Shown: positions 26,135-39,184 of the stretch, piece by piece
Layout: the number at the start of each line of letters is the position of its first letter
Numbering within the stretch: the stretch's first letter is position 1
Assembly: GCF_004010195.1 (NCBI RefSeq)
Contig: NC_057719.1
Span: 38,105,722-38,169,721 of the forward strand
Source: Chiloscyllium plagiosum
Lineage: Eukaryota
Length of the DNA stretch: 64,000 nucleotides
Direction: 5' to 3'
Notes under the pieces: model-generated
Database searches by the model: none
What the model saw: the letters and a program-made list of their open reading frames with translations, nothing else
What the model was told of the DNA's origin: nothing
Translations under genes and position numbers: made by a program

Positions 26135-26732
26135 CATAGTCCTAGAGATGTACAGCACAGAAACAGACCCTTCGGTCCAACTTGTCCATGCCGACCAGAT
26201 ATCCCAACCCAGTCTAGTCCCACCTGCCAGCACCCGGCCCATATCCCTCCAAATCTTTCCTATTTGTATACCCATCCAAGTGCCTCTTAAATGTTGCAAT
26301 TGTACCAGCCTCCACCACTTCCTCTGGCAGCTCATTCCATACACGTACCACCCTCCATGAAAATGTTGCCCCTTAGGTCTCTTTTGTATCCTTCCTCTCT
26401 CACTCTTAAACCAATGCCCTCTAGTTCTGGACTCCCCCACCTCAGGGAAAAGACTTTTTGTCTATTTATCCTATTAGTGCCCCTCATAATCTAATAAACC
26501 TCTATAAGGTCACCCCTCAGCCTCCGATGCTCTCGGGAAAACAGCCCTAGCCTATTCAATCTCTCCCTGTAGCTCAAATCCTCCAACCCTGGCAACATCC
26601 TTGTAAATATTTTCTGAACCCTTTCAAGTTTCACAACATCTTTCCGATAGGGAGGAGACCAGAATTGCACGCAATATTCCAACAGTGGCCTAACCAATGT
26701 CCTGTATAGCAGCAACATGACCTCCCAACTCT
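26135..26732 (-). mobile_element. Young HER1/CR1 3' fragment inserted in the L1 endonuclease
   Basis: Closely similar to 18110-18705; splits EEYG/LNIYCPP; gtat flanks both sides. Confidence 0.93.
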
Positions 26733-27986
26733 AGTATTCCTAAATATTTATTGTCCTCCAATGCACCCTCTTAAACTTCCTAATTAACGCAGTTGCCAAA
26801 TTAATCAATCTTGGGGTGTGCCACATGATCATGGGAGGGAATTTTAACCGCCTAATGGATCCCAGGGTAGACAGGATGCCAAGGGGCCCAGCAGGTACGC
26901 CCTTGCATTCTAGGCAGTTGATGAACTTGTGTGAGGAGTAGGGATTAGTGGATGTGTGGAGGCAGCTCCACCCTAATGGGAGAGACTTTACTTTTTATTC
27001 CAACCCACACAAGTGCCACACACAAATTGACATATTCCTTATGCTATCAGTTTGTTTCGACAGAAACATTGGCTTGCAAAATTGGGGGTATAACTATCTT
27101 GGACCATGTGGCGGTATATTTAGATGTTAAAATCAAAGGTGGTGGAATAGATGTATGGCACTGTTGCATGGACCCATTCCTGTTAAGGGATAGCAAACTT
27201 GTTGAGTACATTACAAGTGTGTTCAGGGCCTTCTGGGATATCAACTCAGGTACGGCCAGTAATCCGGCAATACTTTGGGAGGCACGAAGGCATATTTGAG
27301 GCCTGATCATTTCATATTCAACAATTAGAAGGAGGAGCAGCAACGGAGGCTGGAGATATGGCTGAAGGTAGCTGAGGAAGCATGCTATAATAGGCTTTCA
27401 TTGGTCAAGCTGCAGCGTATCATGGCACTCCAGGCTGCTCGCGACTCATTGCGCACACAGGTGGCAAAAAAAGAGGTCTCCTCTTTCCTGAGTGAGTTTT
27501 ATAAGGAATTCATAAATGTGTTGGTGGAGCCACTTTTGAGGATGTATAGCTATTCATATACACAGGATTGTCTTCTACATTCTCTTGGGGAGGCTAATAT
27601 CTCCCTCATTTTAAAGAAGGGGAAATACCTCAAAGACAACGCTTCATACAGTCCAATTTCATTGTTGAATCTAGACTTAAAACTCTGTCAAAGGTGCTGG
27701 CCCTGAGGTTGGAAAAGGGATTGCCCTATATTGTGAAGAGATGAGACGAGTTTTATCAAGAGCCGTAGCTCTTCCAATGATATCGGTTGGGGGGTGTCCT
27801 GAACATAGTGCAGGTATGCCAGCAATGGTTGATCCCGGGTTTGGTGGCCTCCCTAGACGAGGGAAAGGCATATGACCGGATAGAATAGCCATACCTGTTT
27901 GGGGTCCTAGAGCGCTTTGGTCTTGGGGCAGCCTGGTGGGTGGCGGTGTTGTATAATGATCCTAAGGTGATAGTCATCTCAAACAG

Positions 27987-28405
27987 ACAAAAGTGAGGAC
28001 CGCACAAGCTGGAGATTATAGTCAAGATTAGAGTGGTGTTGGAAATGCAGGTCAGGCAGCATCCAAGGAACAGGAAAATAGACGTTTCGGGCAGGAGTCT
28101 TTCATCAGGAATGAGGCTGGAAGCCTCTGGGGTGGACAGATAAATGGGAGGGGGTGGGGCTGGGGAGAAGGTAGTTGGGAGTGCAATAGGTAGATGGAGG
28201 AAGGGGTAAAGGTGATAGGTGGAGCGGATAGGTGGGAAGAAAGATTATGATAGGTGGGACAGGTCACTACGATGGTGCTGAGCTGCAAGTTTGGAACTAG
28301 GGTAAGGTGGGGGGAGGGGAGATGAGGAAACTAGTGAAGTCTACATTGATCCCTGGTGTTCAAGGGTTCCGAGGCGGAAGATGAGGTATTCTTTCTCCAG
28401 GCATC
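27987..28405 (-). mobile_element. Neptune-type PLE 3' end with degraded hammerhead (28077-28112)
   Basis: Reverse strand has the YLIFRLGTLE remnant, a C-rich UTR and attcctgatgaaagactcctgcccgaaacgtc. Confidence 0.85.
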
Positions 28406-28576
28406 CCTCGGGGATTGAGTCTATTTAGTTTGAAGCCTCGCGGTCGAGATGTCCCCAAGTTAATCTATTATTCGTGGATAAGATTCAATCTGTGATCAAA
28501 CAGTGTAAGAGCCCAATCATTTTAAATATGGTGAATGCTTGGAAAAAGCCCAGGTCTTATGGGTGGTACAGGCTGG

Positions 28577-28762
28577 ACCCAATATACCAACCACTACAGC
28601 TGAAACTGACAACCGGAAGCGGCAGGGACAGACCACTATAAACACCGGAGGAAATATCAAAGAAGCGCTTCGCAGGAGGCTCCCAAGCACTGATGATGTC
28701 GCCTAGCCAGGGGACGAAACGTTTGCAACAAAAACTTCCAGCTCGGCGAACAGAACCACAGC
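28577..28762 (+). mobile_element. 186-bp Poseidon-type PLE tail insertion with 9-bp TSD
   Basis: acaggctgg at 28568-28576 and 28763-28771; CpG-rich; tail architecture resembles 6060-6180. Confidence 0.85.
28687..28726 (+). ncRNA. Minimal type I hammerhead ribozyme motif, core intact
   Basis: GCA-CTGATGA-T-GTCgCCT(agcc)AGGgGAC-GAAACGTT-TGC. Confidence 0.8.
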
Positions 28763-29220
28763 ACAGGCTGGTAATGGAGCATCTCCCCCAAGACTACCTC
28801 TCAAATATGGTGCACCACAAAATGGAGCGGTTTTATTATTGACACAGACGTTTTGACAATATTAATTAGGGCTGTGATATAGCCGTGGGCATCAGTTTGG
28901 GTGCTCATTGGGCCTTGGGAGGGGGAGGTTAGTTGAAAAGTACAGGTACAATGATTGGTGCTCCCAGGGGTGGGAGCTTCTGTGGAGGTGTGGTAGTGAA
29001 ATAGAATAAAGTAATGTGATTTAATTCAATTTAAGTTAATTTGAATTCAGCTCAACTTAATTTTTATTTAATTTGATTATAGTTTAATTAGGTACATTTG
29101 TTCTGGTAGAATAGTAGGTAGTTTATTATTATAGTATTGTGATATGACATTTAACTACCTCTATCTTGTATTTTGGTATTGTTTTTATATGTAGTTGTAA
29201 AAGATTTGAAAGCTTTTAAT

Positions 29221-29465
29221 AAAAAGACATGAGGGACTTTTATTGCACAGAGGGTGGTTTGCGTGTAGAATGAACTTCCTGGGAAAGTGGTGGATGCGGG
29301 TACAACTACAATGTTTAAAAGACATTTGGATAAGTACATGAATAGGAAAGATTTGGAGGGATCTGGGCCAGCAGCAGGCACATGGGACTGGTTTTGTTTG
29401 GCATTATGTACAGCATGAACTGGTTAGACCAGAGGTTCTATTTCTGTGCTGTATAACTCTGATAT
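29221..29465 (+). mobile_element. CR1 3' end (right half of the copy split by L1)
   Basis: Continues the sequence of 23306-23400; collinear with 18450-18700. Confidence 0.75.
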
Positions 29466-29947
29466 GATGATTGGATTCTTGGTCTTTCTAATGATTTAGT
29501 ATGTTTTTGAAATTACAACACTTCTTAAATGGAAGTCTTTTTTTTTCCCCCAATATAGCTACACATTAAGCTTGTATTTGGTTTGACCTTCAGTATTGCT
29601 CAGTTTCTTGGAATTTTCTTTTTCTTCCGAGATTGTATTTTGTTGTGCATTTATTTTTATTGCTTCTATGTATATTCCTTTTTATGATGGGTAGATACTA
29701 CTTTTGTAAACTGATTTATTTTAGAGTTTGACCAAGTCACACTTTCTCATGCAGATAATCAGCTAACATCAAGTATTTGTTGCCATGTACCATATTATAT
29801 ATTGGAATGAGTGAAATAGATGACATTAGGCTTCTCTAGTTCCAAGGCTTGTTTGCTTTCTCAATTTGTTGGAAATTTGCATCCATTCACCAGTAGGATA
29901 ATGTAGACAATTTTCAATGTGGTATTTAAATACACTGAATACACTGT

Positions 29948-30223
29948 GGGGTGGCAAGGTGGCTCAGTGCTCAGTGGCCTCACAGCACCAGGGTCCCAGG
30001 TTTGATTCCGCCCTTGGGCGACTGTGTGAAGTTTGCACATTCTCTGTGGGTCTGCGTGGGTTTTCTCCGGATGCTCCGGTGTCCTCCCACAGTCCAAAGA
30101 TGTGCAGGTGAATTGGCCATGCTAAATTGCCCATAGTGTTAGGTACAATAGTCAGAGGGAAATGGGTCTAGGTGGGTTTACTCTTCGGGGGGTCAGTGTG
30201 AACACGTTAGGGAATCTAATCTA
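29948..30223 (+). mobile_element. HE1 SINE
   Basis: tRNA-like head, V-domain, aatctaatct tail. Confidence 0.9.
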
Positions 30224-31149
30224 AAACTATTAAAATGTGCTGTTAAATGTTCACAAATGTCAAGTTTGTTTCAAATAGACTATTAAAATCGAGAAAGTTC
30301 AATTTAACGTTATAGTAGTGCTTGTCTAATTCAGGTTGTAGGTATATAGTCTGTCAATTACCACACTTACACTTGTAAATTATTATCCAAATCCTAAAGG
30401 TAGATTTGTAGAGCCACAAGCATGAGAAAATAATTCCTCTTTGCTTCCCCTCATTGCACAGAGGAGCAAGCCAGTTGTTCTGTTGAGAATTTCATCTGTC
30501 AAGCCAGGAATAGTTACAAAGCAGCATATTCATTATATTGTTGTACTGGCTGAGAAAGGAGTTCTTGGTGGATATGTGTGCGATTTTCTGCAAAATCTTG
30601 ACCAACATCGATTTAACTGAAATGTTATCACTTGCCTAGTATTTGAATTATAATTTATTGTCTCTTCTGCCTGCTTTTAGTTTTTGTAATCTTTATGTAA
30701 TATGGTATTTAGTTTTTCTTGCACTGAATCTATTTATGTTCTTTTTTTGTTCATGCTGTGATCCTGCGTATGATTAATTTTTCTTTATATTAAGTGAGCT
30801 ATGAGGCACAGTGTATATGAAACAATTGTTACCATTGAAAACATTTTTAGAAGAATCCCCATAATGGAAGGAGCTAACTTTTTTTGCTTTATAAGCCACT
30901 GCTTTTACTGCACCGACTTGCCAAGGATGTATGTTTGGAACTGCCGTCACTCAGCTTCATGATTTAGTTAGTATTGTGTCCCGTTTCTTGCTCAGCAGTT
31001 CAGTGTGGTGCAGTCCTGTTTTGCTGTTGACTTTCAACATCGTTAATGTAGATTTCTAGATTTGTTTTAATGAAGCATCAGAATAGACTGGAATAAGGTC
31101 AACACATGCAGTCAGGAAACAAGAAGCAGCAGGGATAGCTAGCTGGCTA

Positions 31150-31880
31150 TAAGGCAGAAACTAAAGTGTAGGTAAAAGGTAAAGCTATTTATAATGACAA
31201 AAGGTAGAAAATGTAGTTCCACAAAGATCAGTGTTCGAACACTGTTGTCTAGAATTTATTTTAATAATAATTTGGACTATGGATTTGGAAAAAAAAGCAT
31301 TTGCACATGACAGCTTAGGGGGCATGGGCATTTTTCAGGGATGTTGAATGTTACACAAAGGCATTTATTACAGAATTGACAATTAACTGGCAAGTGAGTT
31401 ACAACATAATAGGAAGTGGCAGATGTTTTAATAAGATAAATAGGGGTGTCTTTTCTTTTTGGGAAAATATGAGTGTAAATGGGGGAAAGAAGCAAAATGC
31501 ATTAACCACCAATGGCAACTTAAAAAAAACATTAAACCATACATCAGGATGTACTGCCAGATGAATAGAATAAATAGCTTTGAATTATGCTAAGCTTGTA
31601 CTGAACATTGATTAGATCACACCTGGGAGTACTGTGTGAAGTTCTGATCATATATTTAAAGGCATTGGAGGGGGTATAAGAAAGGTGAGGAAGAATGATG
31701 CCAAAATTTCAAGATTGTACCCTTCAGAAAGGGATGAACTGCCTTGGTCTCACCAGAAAAGTGAAAGTTGACAAATGGCCTAATAGAGGGCTTTAAAATT
31801 ATAAACAGCTTGATAGAATAGATACAACAATGTCTCCACTAAATAGTGAATAAAACTAGAGGTCATCGATTTGAGGGATA
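31150..31880 (+). mobile_element. Old CR1 3' fragment
   Basis: Degenerate VPQRSVFEHC / HLG.YCVKF remnants. Confidence 0.5.
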
Positions 31881-32389
31881 ACTTGATAAAGCTACAAAGG
31901 AGAAGTGTGTGTTTTGTTTTTGTTTGTTTAATAGTAAATTGATGGCATAATTCCCCATCCATACCATCTAGCTTCCAACTCTTCGGTGATCTCTCCACCT
32001 ACCCTGAGAATTCTCTTAAGTGTTCTGTTGAATCCTCCCTCTGGTGCACCATTAGCAATGCTTTCGGTTATCTAGGTTTTGTGCTCTAAGTTTCACTTCC
32101 TAAACACCACCGCCTCTTTCTCTCCCCTCCTTCACCCTTTGTTTAGTATCTATTTCAAATTTCACTTCCAAATTATCTTTTGGTCACTTTAGTGTATCTG
32201 CTTTGGCTTGATAGATACATCTTTTATTGCAACTCAGATTTTATCTCACACCTTTTCTGTCTCTTTCTTGCCAACCTAGTGTTTCCCTTTGTCTCCTTCT
32301 GAATCTGTTTTGGCTCTGATTCGCTCTATTTTCTTCTCGTTCCTTGTCTGTAAATAGATTTTAAGAAGATTGCATTGGCTCTTTGTTCA

Positions 32390-33885
32390 CCAGTGGTTCA
32401 GGTTTGCTGCTGAAAGCGTGGTCTCTTGTACATAACACTAAGTACAGATTGAGGTGCCCACTTTGAGAAACCCCTCCATTCAATCTGCAAACAAAGCCCG
32501 AGCTTTTGGTAGTCTGCAAATTTAATTCTCTAACTTGTTTTCATGCTGGCATCTCAAGCTCTGGCCTACTGCATGGTTTTGTGAGGCTAAATGTAAACTT
32601 CAACAATAGCAACTCATCCTTCGATAATACACCTTACAGCCTCAATAATGCGTTTAGAACTTTCAGGCTGTAAACTGTCTCCTGTCAATTTTGTTCTATA
32701 GAGTCATCGTGTCATAGTTATACAGCACGGAAACAGACTCTTCAGTCCAACTCGACTGTGCTGACCAAATTTCCCAAATTAAATTAGTACCACTTGCCTG
32801 TGTTTGATCCATATCCCTCTAAACCATTCCTGTTGATGTACCTATATAAATGTCTTTTAAATGTTGTGCCTGTACCTGCATTTACCACTTCCTCTGGCAG
32901 TTTGTTCCACATATGAACCACAGTCTGTGTGGAAAAACGTGCCACTCTGGTCCCTTTATAAATCTATCTTCTCACTTTAAAATAATGCCCTTCAGTTTTG
33001 AGCTCCCCCACCTTAAGCAAAAAGGCCTTTTGCTATTCACCTTATCAATGATTTTATAAAGGGTTATAAGGCCACCTGATAGTCTCCTACACTCCATTGA
33101 AAAAAGTCTGAGCCTTTCTCGCCTCTCCTCAACTTGAACCCTCCAGGCACAGAAATTTCCTTTATAAATCTTTTCTGTACCCGTTCCAATTTAATAATAT
33201 CCTTCCTATAGCAGGATGACCAGAACTATATACAATATCTCACAAATGGCCTTGCCAGCATCCTGTATGACTACAACATGATGTCCCAATTTTTATATTC
33301 AATGGTCTGAGCAAAGAACGCAGTGTGCCAACCACATTTATCACCTTGTCTATCTGTGATGCAACATTGAAGGAATTATGCACCAGAACCCCTAGATGTC
33401 TCTGTTCGACAGTACATTCCAGGGCCTACCATTAATTGTGTTAAGTCCTGCCAAAATGTAACATGTTATATTTATCAAAGTTAAATTCTGTCTGCCACTC
33501 CTCAGCCCATTGGCCCCGTTGATCAAGGTCCCTTTGTACTGTTACATAACCTTCACTGTCTACCACCAATATTGGTGTCATCCGCAAGCTTATTGTCCAT
33601 GCTTCTTGTATTCTTGTCCAAAATAATTTATTTGATTTACTTTATTTTGCATTCAGAATGTAACACACCCACTTCTTGGTCCATCTTTTGTTTCTTGTTC
33701 TGTTACCATTCCCTTAGACTCTGGAGAGCTAACTCCTCTGTCACTTCGTTGCCATGTTTTGTACCCTGTCTGACAATATCTCAAACTTTTCACTGTTTTG
33801 ATGAAAGGTCGTCATCAACCTGAAACCTTTAACCCGGTGTTTGTTTTTAAATAGTACCTGACCTGTTGAGTATTTTTCTAATTTC
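32390..33885 (+). mobile_element. Old PLE 3' part (GIY-YIG and tail) split by a CR1
   Basis: Degenerate CGLLYI...FEKPLHS...CKFNS remnant at 32.4-32.7 kb; tail with degenerate hammerhead gttttgatgaaaggtcgtcatcaacctgaaac at about 33795-33833. Confidence 0.6.
32698..33628 (-). mobile_element. CR1/HER1 3' fragment
   Basis: Tail atagagtcat...cagcacggaaacagac; reverse-strand KLADDTNIG. Confidence 0.85.
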
Positions 33886-34109
33886 AAAGTCCCTCTTGTA
33901 CTTCTGCTGTAATGTATTTGTACCTTCAGCACAAAAAACACTTCAGTGAGAAAAATTCTTATCAAACTGAATAAGTTGCATGTTTTATCAGTTAGGGTTC
34001 TGGGCAAAATATTCTGTATGGACTTCGTTGAAGAAACTTCATCGTTTCATTTACCTGCTTTTGTGTGTGGAGAATTTGAGTCTTTTTTGTTTGCATCTTC
34101 CATATAACA

Positions 34110-34737
34110 AGCCAGATAGAGTGACAATGACTGCTTTTGACATTAAGGCAACTAAGCCAAATTGAAATAATTGAAGGGTTTTTGCTCTGGATCTATATGA
34201 GAGTTATACCTACTATGAAGAAAAATGGTTTTGGTTGCTGGAAGCCAGTCACCTCAGCCCAGCACATCAGTGTAAGAGTACCTCAGGGTAGTGTGCTAGA
34301 GGTTCAACTATTCAGCTGCTTAACCAACATTCCTTCCATCAAAAGGTCAGAAGTGGGGATCTTCACTGCTTGTGCTGCTCATAATATTTACACTGCTTCA
34401 GTAGCTGAAGAATTGTATACTTGCCTTTAACAAGACCTGACCGACTTGGGCAGACTGGCAAATTATAGGTCTGCCAAGCAATCATTGTCGCCAATGAGAC
34501 AAAATTCAAATACCTCATTCTACAATGGCATTATCATCACTCGAACTCTGAAAGTTTAGAAGGTTGCCATTGAGCAGGTGCTAACTGGACTAGCATTTGA
34601 CTAATGTGCCTAAAGGAGGCTTGAAATTCTGTAGTGTATAACTCTCCCCTTGATTCCCCAAAGCTTGTGCACTACCTACATGGTGCAAGTCAAGAATGTG
34701 ATTTATTTTCACTTGCTTGGATGAACACAGCTCCACC
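34110..34737 (+). mobile_element. LINE family B RT fragment
   Basis: AFDIKA, VPQGSVLEVQLFSCLTNIPSIKRSEVGIF. Confidence 0.75.
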
Positions 34738-35689
34738 TGTTAGGTTCTTTTCCTGAGGTTTTGCATATGAGATGTAAATCACGCACACGGACTTCTGCAA
34801 ACTGTTAAAGTTTGATAAAGCTTGTACAAGCTCGGTAATCCCTCTGATACGGTTTGTGGGTGTGCAAAGTTGAGTCAGAAGAGAGACCCCGAACAAAGAG
34901 AATGCATCCCCTTGTACGAATCAGTTGGCAATGCTCCAGATGTTCTGGCCACTCCCCTATAGTCACATGCCACTGAAGACAACCCAGAGTCACTCAGTCA
35001 CATGTTGCCCCAAGTACGATGGCAGGATGAGATCATCCTCAGAGGTGAAGCAAGTGCTAGTGCCCTATCCCTAAGGAATCCTTATGCAGACAATTTCCAG
35101 ACTCTGTGATTCCCCAAGACAATCTAGGTGTGACATATCTCTGGCCAGAAAGCATTTAGAACATAGAACAGAAGAGGCCCTTTGCATGATGTTGTGCCGG
35201 TCATTTATCTTAATCTAAGATTGACCTAACCTACATGCCCCTTAATTTACTGCTGTCCAGAGTGTGCTTGTCCAGCAGTCACTTAAATATCCCTAACACT
35301 TGCCGAACGACCTGTTGTTGCGCTGTTCTGTTCAACATTCTAAAAAACTCAGCTGTTACCAATGTGAAAAGTTCCTGCCTCCCCACAAGACCAATCAAGG
35401 CAAATGATTGAAAAATCTCACTGTCAGGAAATTTTGGTACGCATTTATTAACAGAAACTCTTACAAGCTGTCTTGGAAAATATGAACTCCCATCCCCAGC
35501 CCCCCTCGTGCAAATGAACAGCATGATGGTGGGGGGTGGGTGTGACGGCTTTATTGGTTTGGCTTTCGCTCCAAACATTCCAATTCAGCCTGCTTCCTGA
35601 GAATTGCAAATAGAGATTCAAATGCTAATTACGGCTCTAACAGCAAGGTAATGGCTTGATAGCAGCTGTGCAATCAAAAAGCAAGGTCT

Positions 35690-35810
35690 AAAAAGCAAAA
35701 TAAAGCAAAAAATTCCAGTAAACGAAACCTCAGCATCTATGGAGAAAAAGCAAAATTAACGTTTTGGGTACATTGACCCTTCTGAAGGGTCCAGCAATTT
35801 CTGTTTTTGT
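35690..35810. mobile_element. Old PLE tail with fold-back at the hammerhead
   Basis: Minus-strand tail ends in gacccttc-t-gaagggtc, then a plus-strand tail; gtctaaa flanks both sides. Confidence 0.55.
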
Positions 35811-36577
35811 CTAAACATTAGAACCTGCAGCACCATGTGCGGAGTCAGTGATCAACTGCACCTCATCTCTGTTGGTAGCTACTGAGCACGTGCATCAATG
35901 CTTGTATCAGGACAAGACTGATCTTGAGCCAAAGGATGAAGGCTCTGAAGCTCTATCCCACCCTCTCTCACTCTTTTATGTTCAATGTGCACTTGGATCT
36001 GACTTATCTGCGCAAGCATCAGTAGTGCAGCCTCAGTCAACAGATGGGAATCAGAAAGCTTCCCCACATAAAGACAGTACAGAAGAGGCCCCTTGGCCCT
36101 TTGAGTCAGCATTGACAAAGCTACTCTAAATCTGCACTAGTGCCATTTTCTAGCACTTGGCCTGTAGCCATGGAAGTTATGACATTTCAAGTGCTCATCC
36201 AAGTACTTTTTCAAGGTTTAGAGGTCTCTCGCCTCACTACCCTCCCCTCCCAAGCAGTTCATTCCCGCCACCTTCTGGGAAACTGCTTCTGGAAAGAAGA
36301 GATTAAATAATAGTCTAATTTAACAACAGCAGGGGAGTAATCGCAAATGACTGTCTAAATGAAGTGTAAATTATAATGGATAGTCTACATGCTTCTTCTG
36401 AGACAATGTTGCCCCTACCTCTCTCCAGAATATTCGGTTTTGCAGTCTAACTCTTTAATATTACATTAATGTCCAGAAAGGTTTCCCATTCAATCTTTTA
36501 ACATTAAACTCCAACACCCAAATGTGTTGCCAACCATGAGAAAGCAGCCCACCTGCTGACACTACATTTAACACCTT

Positions 36578-36781
36578 AAAGTTAAAGGTAAAGTCACCAT
36601 TGTCCTTGAGGACCCTAGGGCTGATCTTCTGTCAGAGACAGAGAGATGACTGATGGTGAGGAGTTCATCTGAGGTGAGCTTGCGAAAGTGGACCTTCATA
36701 GTAACTTTGGTCAGTGTGGGAATTGAACTGGCATTGTGCTGCATCTCCAACCAACTGCACAGCCAAAAGAGCTAATTGGTC
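36578..36781 (-). mobile_element. tRNA-derived SINE (third family) with ACCTTT-type tail
   Basis: Reverse strand has TAGCTC.TTGG and GTTCAATTCC boxes and ends ggtgactttacctttaacttt. Confidence 0.55.
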
Positions 36782-37149
36782 TCTGCCACTGTGCATAGTG
36801 GCAGCATGCGAGCCATTTACAAAATACACTGCAGCAACTTGACACCACTTCTTTGACAGCACCTTTCATGTCCACTACCTCTATCACCTAGAAAAACAAA
36901 GTTCGCATAGTTGTTGTTAATGTTTGATCATTTACTATCATTTGTAATGAAATGATAATTAGTCTAATTTAATTTAATTTGTCATGAGGGGGAGATGCCA
37001 TGACAGGGAAGTGGGGTTTAAAAAACAGCTTCAGCACCTAGTTTCTTGAATGTTAGAGTCCTGGTGTGCTCATGTGCCAACTTGGGATTTGAGTTCCACT
37101 ATGCTGAAGTGTGCTATTTAGGGACACAGCTGAGAACTTCACCAGAACC

Positions 37150-37605
37150 ACCTCTGGACAGGATTCAGAAGAGATATACCAGGATTTTGTTGGGAATGGA
37201 GGGTTTGGATTAAAGGAGAGGCCTGGTAGGAGTGTAGGAAGTTGAGGGGTGACCTTTTATAAAGGTTTATAAAATCATGAGGGGTATAGATAAGGTGAAT
37301 GACACTTGAAATCTCCCAACCTAGGGAAAAGACAAGGCCACGGGGCATATTTATAAGTGACACAAGAGACAGAGATTTGAAAAGGGGATGGGGGGCATTT
37401 TGTTTTGCAGTGATATATGTGTAGAATGAACTGCCAGAGGAAGTGGTGGGTGCAGATATAGTTAAATTTAAAAGACATTTTAGATAAGTACATTAATAAA
37501 TGTTTGGAGGGATATGGGCCAAGCACAGGCAGGTGGGCTTAAATGAATTTGGGATTATAGTCTGCATGGGCCGAAGGGTCTGTTTCTATGCTGTATGACT
37601 GTGAT
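37150..37605 (+). mobile_element. CR1/HER1 3' fragment
   Basis: Ends gggccgaagggtctgtttctatgctgtatgactgtga. Confidence 0.85.
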
Positions 37606-38555
37606 ATGGGAAAACCACCTGTATGTTTCTGCCAATCCACATACTTTCCTTCCGGAACTCCTTTTCTCGCAATAGGATGTCTGTATCTATATCTCTGGCT
37701 GTAGAATTTTCAGAAAGTAGTTCACGTTGTCTTCCTGAGGGCAAAAAGTTGGGAAACCAGCAACACACATTCCATAAATAAATTTTTAAATGTCGGAATA
37801 TAGGCTAGTCTGCTATTTTTATAGCACGGCTTGTGATATCTTTTAGCTATATAATTAACAACCCCGTTGTACTTCCGTGTTTGTTTCTTTTTGAAACTGA
37901 ATTAATCCACAAAGAAATTTGCCATAATGCTTCTGGTTTTGGAGAGAACCAATTGTAACAGTTGCTGCCTCATGTAAATCATGTAGGGTGTTTGATGCTA
38001 ATAAGCCAACCTGAACTGAATTCTATTGCAGGAAGAGTGCAAATAGTCTAGCTTTTATAATTAAAAAAAAAAGACAAATGGATTTGAAAAAAAGTCAGTA
38101 AGAAAAAAGAATTATTTAGGTCAGTTGTACTTGTTTCATTGTGGCTTTCACTGTTCTGTTAAGAAAAGGAATGATTCAACTTTCCTAAAATGATAGGATC
38201 TCTTGAGCAATGCAATGTGATTTTTACACTCTGCATTTTTTTAAAATAACAATGTAGTTAGAGCTCCTGATTTGGTGTGTACAAAATTAGTTGTACAGAG
38301 GGAAATTTTACTAATTTCCTGTGCTCCTTGTAGTTATTGTTAAATGTGATTTGAATGGCTTTTTAAAGTAATTGAAGCAACATATGTTTAGACATGTTCA
38401 TTCTTGCGCTGCCTTTGTGTAGAAAATAACTAAACTTTTCATATTTGCGTTTGTTATCTCTTTTGAAATTGCTTAAAAGTTGTAGGGTTTGACTGAGTTT
38501 TCCAACTTCAACAAATCATTTTTGTGCTGCATGTTTTGTTTTCAACCAGGAAGCA

Positions 38556-38864
38556 AATCACTAGAATTCCTATGGTGTGGAAGCAGGCCATTTGGCCCAT
38601 TGAGTGGACTCCAATCCTCCGAACAATATCCCACCCAGATTCTTACACTCCCCTCCCCCAAAACAAATCCTTGTAACCCTGCATTTCCCATGGCTAATCC
38701 ACCTACCCTACACATTTTTGGACTGTGGGAGGAAACTGGAACACCTAGAGGAAAAACCCACGCAGATGTGGGGAGAACATGTCAACTCCACACAGTCATT
38801 CGAGACTGTAATCAAACCTGGATAGCTGGCGTTGAGGCAGCAGTGCTAACCACTCAGCCACCAT
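38556..38864 (-). mobile_element. HE1 SINE (older)
   Basis: V-domain and gaggcagcagtgctaaccac head. Confidence 0.85.
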
Positions 38865-39184
38865 TCACAACTCTCTGTAAAGAACCTACCTCTAACATCT
38901 CCTTTCTACCATCCTCCTAACACCTCAGTCCTACGCTGGGGAAAAGTCTCCGGCTATCGACTCTCTCTATTCCTCACATTATTTTGTACACCTCTATTAG
39001 GTCTCCTCTTCGTCCTTCTCTCCACAGAGAAAAGTCCGAACTTATTCAACCTTTCTTCATAAGGCAAGCCCTCAAGTCCAGGCAGCATCCTGGTAAACCT
39101 TCTTTGCACCCTCTCCAAAGTCTTTGTATCTTTCCTATAGTAGGGCGACCAGAACTGGACGCACTATTGCAAGTGTGGCAATAG

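Larger units (their letters stand above)
25850..28860 (+). pseudogene. L1 ORF2p remnant (APE endonuclease and RT), interrupted and internally deleted
   Basis: VDIALLQET, LNIYCPP, MGGNFN, LVDVWRQLHP..RDFTFYS..H....ID, ANISLILKKGK, YSPISLLNLDLK, SLDEGKAYDRIE. Confidence 0.85.
23401..29225 (+). mobile_element. Near-full-length decayed L1-clade LINE with nested insertions
   Basis: 5' CAAGATGGC motif, ORF1 remnant, T-rich spacer, APE endonuclease and RT remnants, T-rich 3' UTR ending AATAAAAA; splits a CR1 3' end (23306-23400 / 29221-29465). Confidence 0.88.

Noticed and set aside
29010..29090. Irregular ATTTA/ATTCA repeats
   Set aside because: Decayed microsatellite in the L1 3' UTR; no spacer-repeat array structure
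30460..30620. Polypyrimidine acceptor followed by a ~50-codon open frame
   Set aside because: Unrecognisable translation and no good donor; length is compatible with chance
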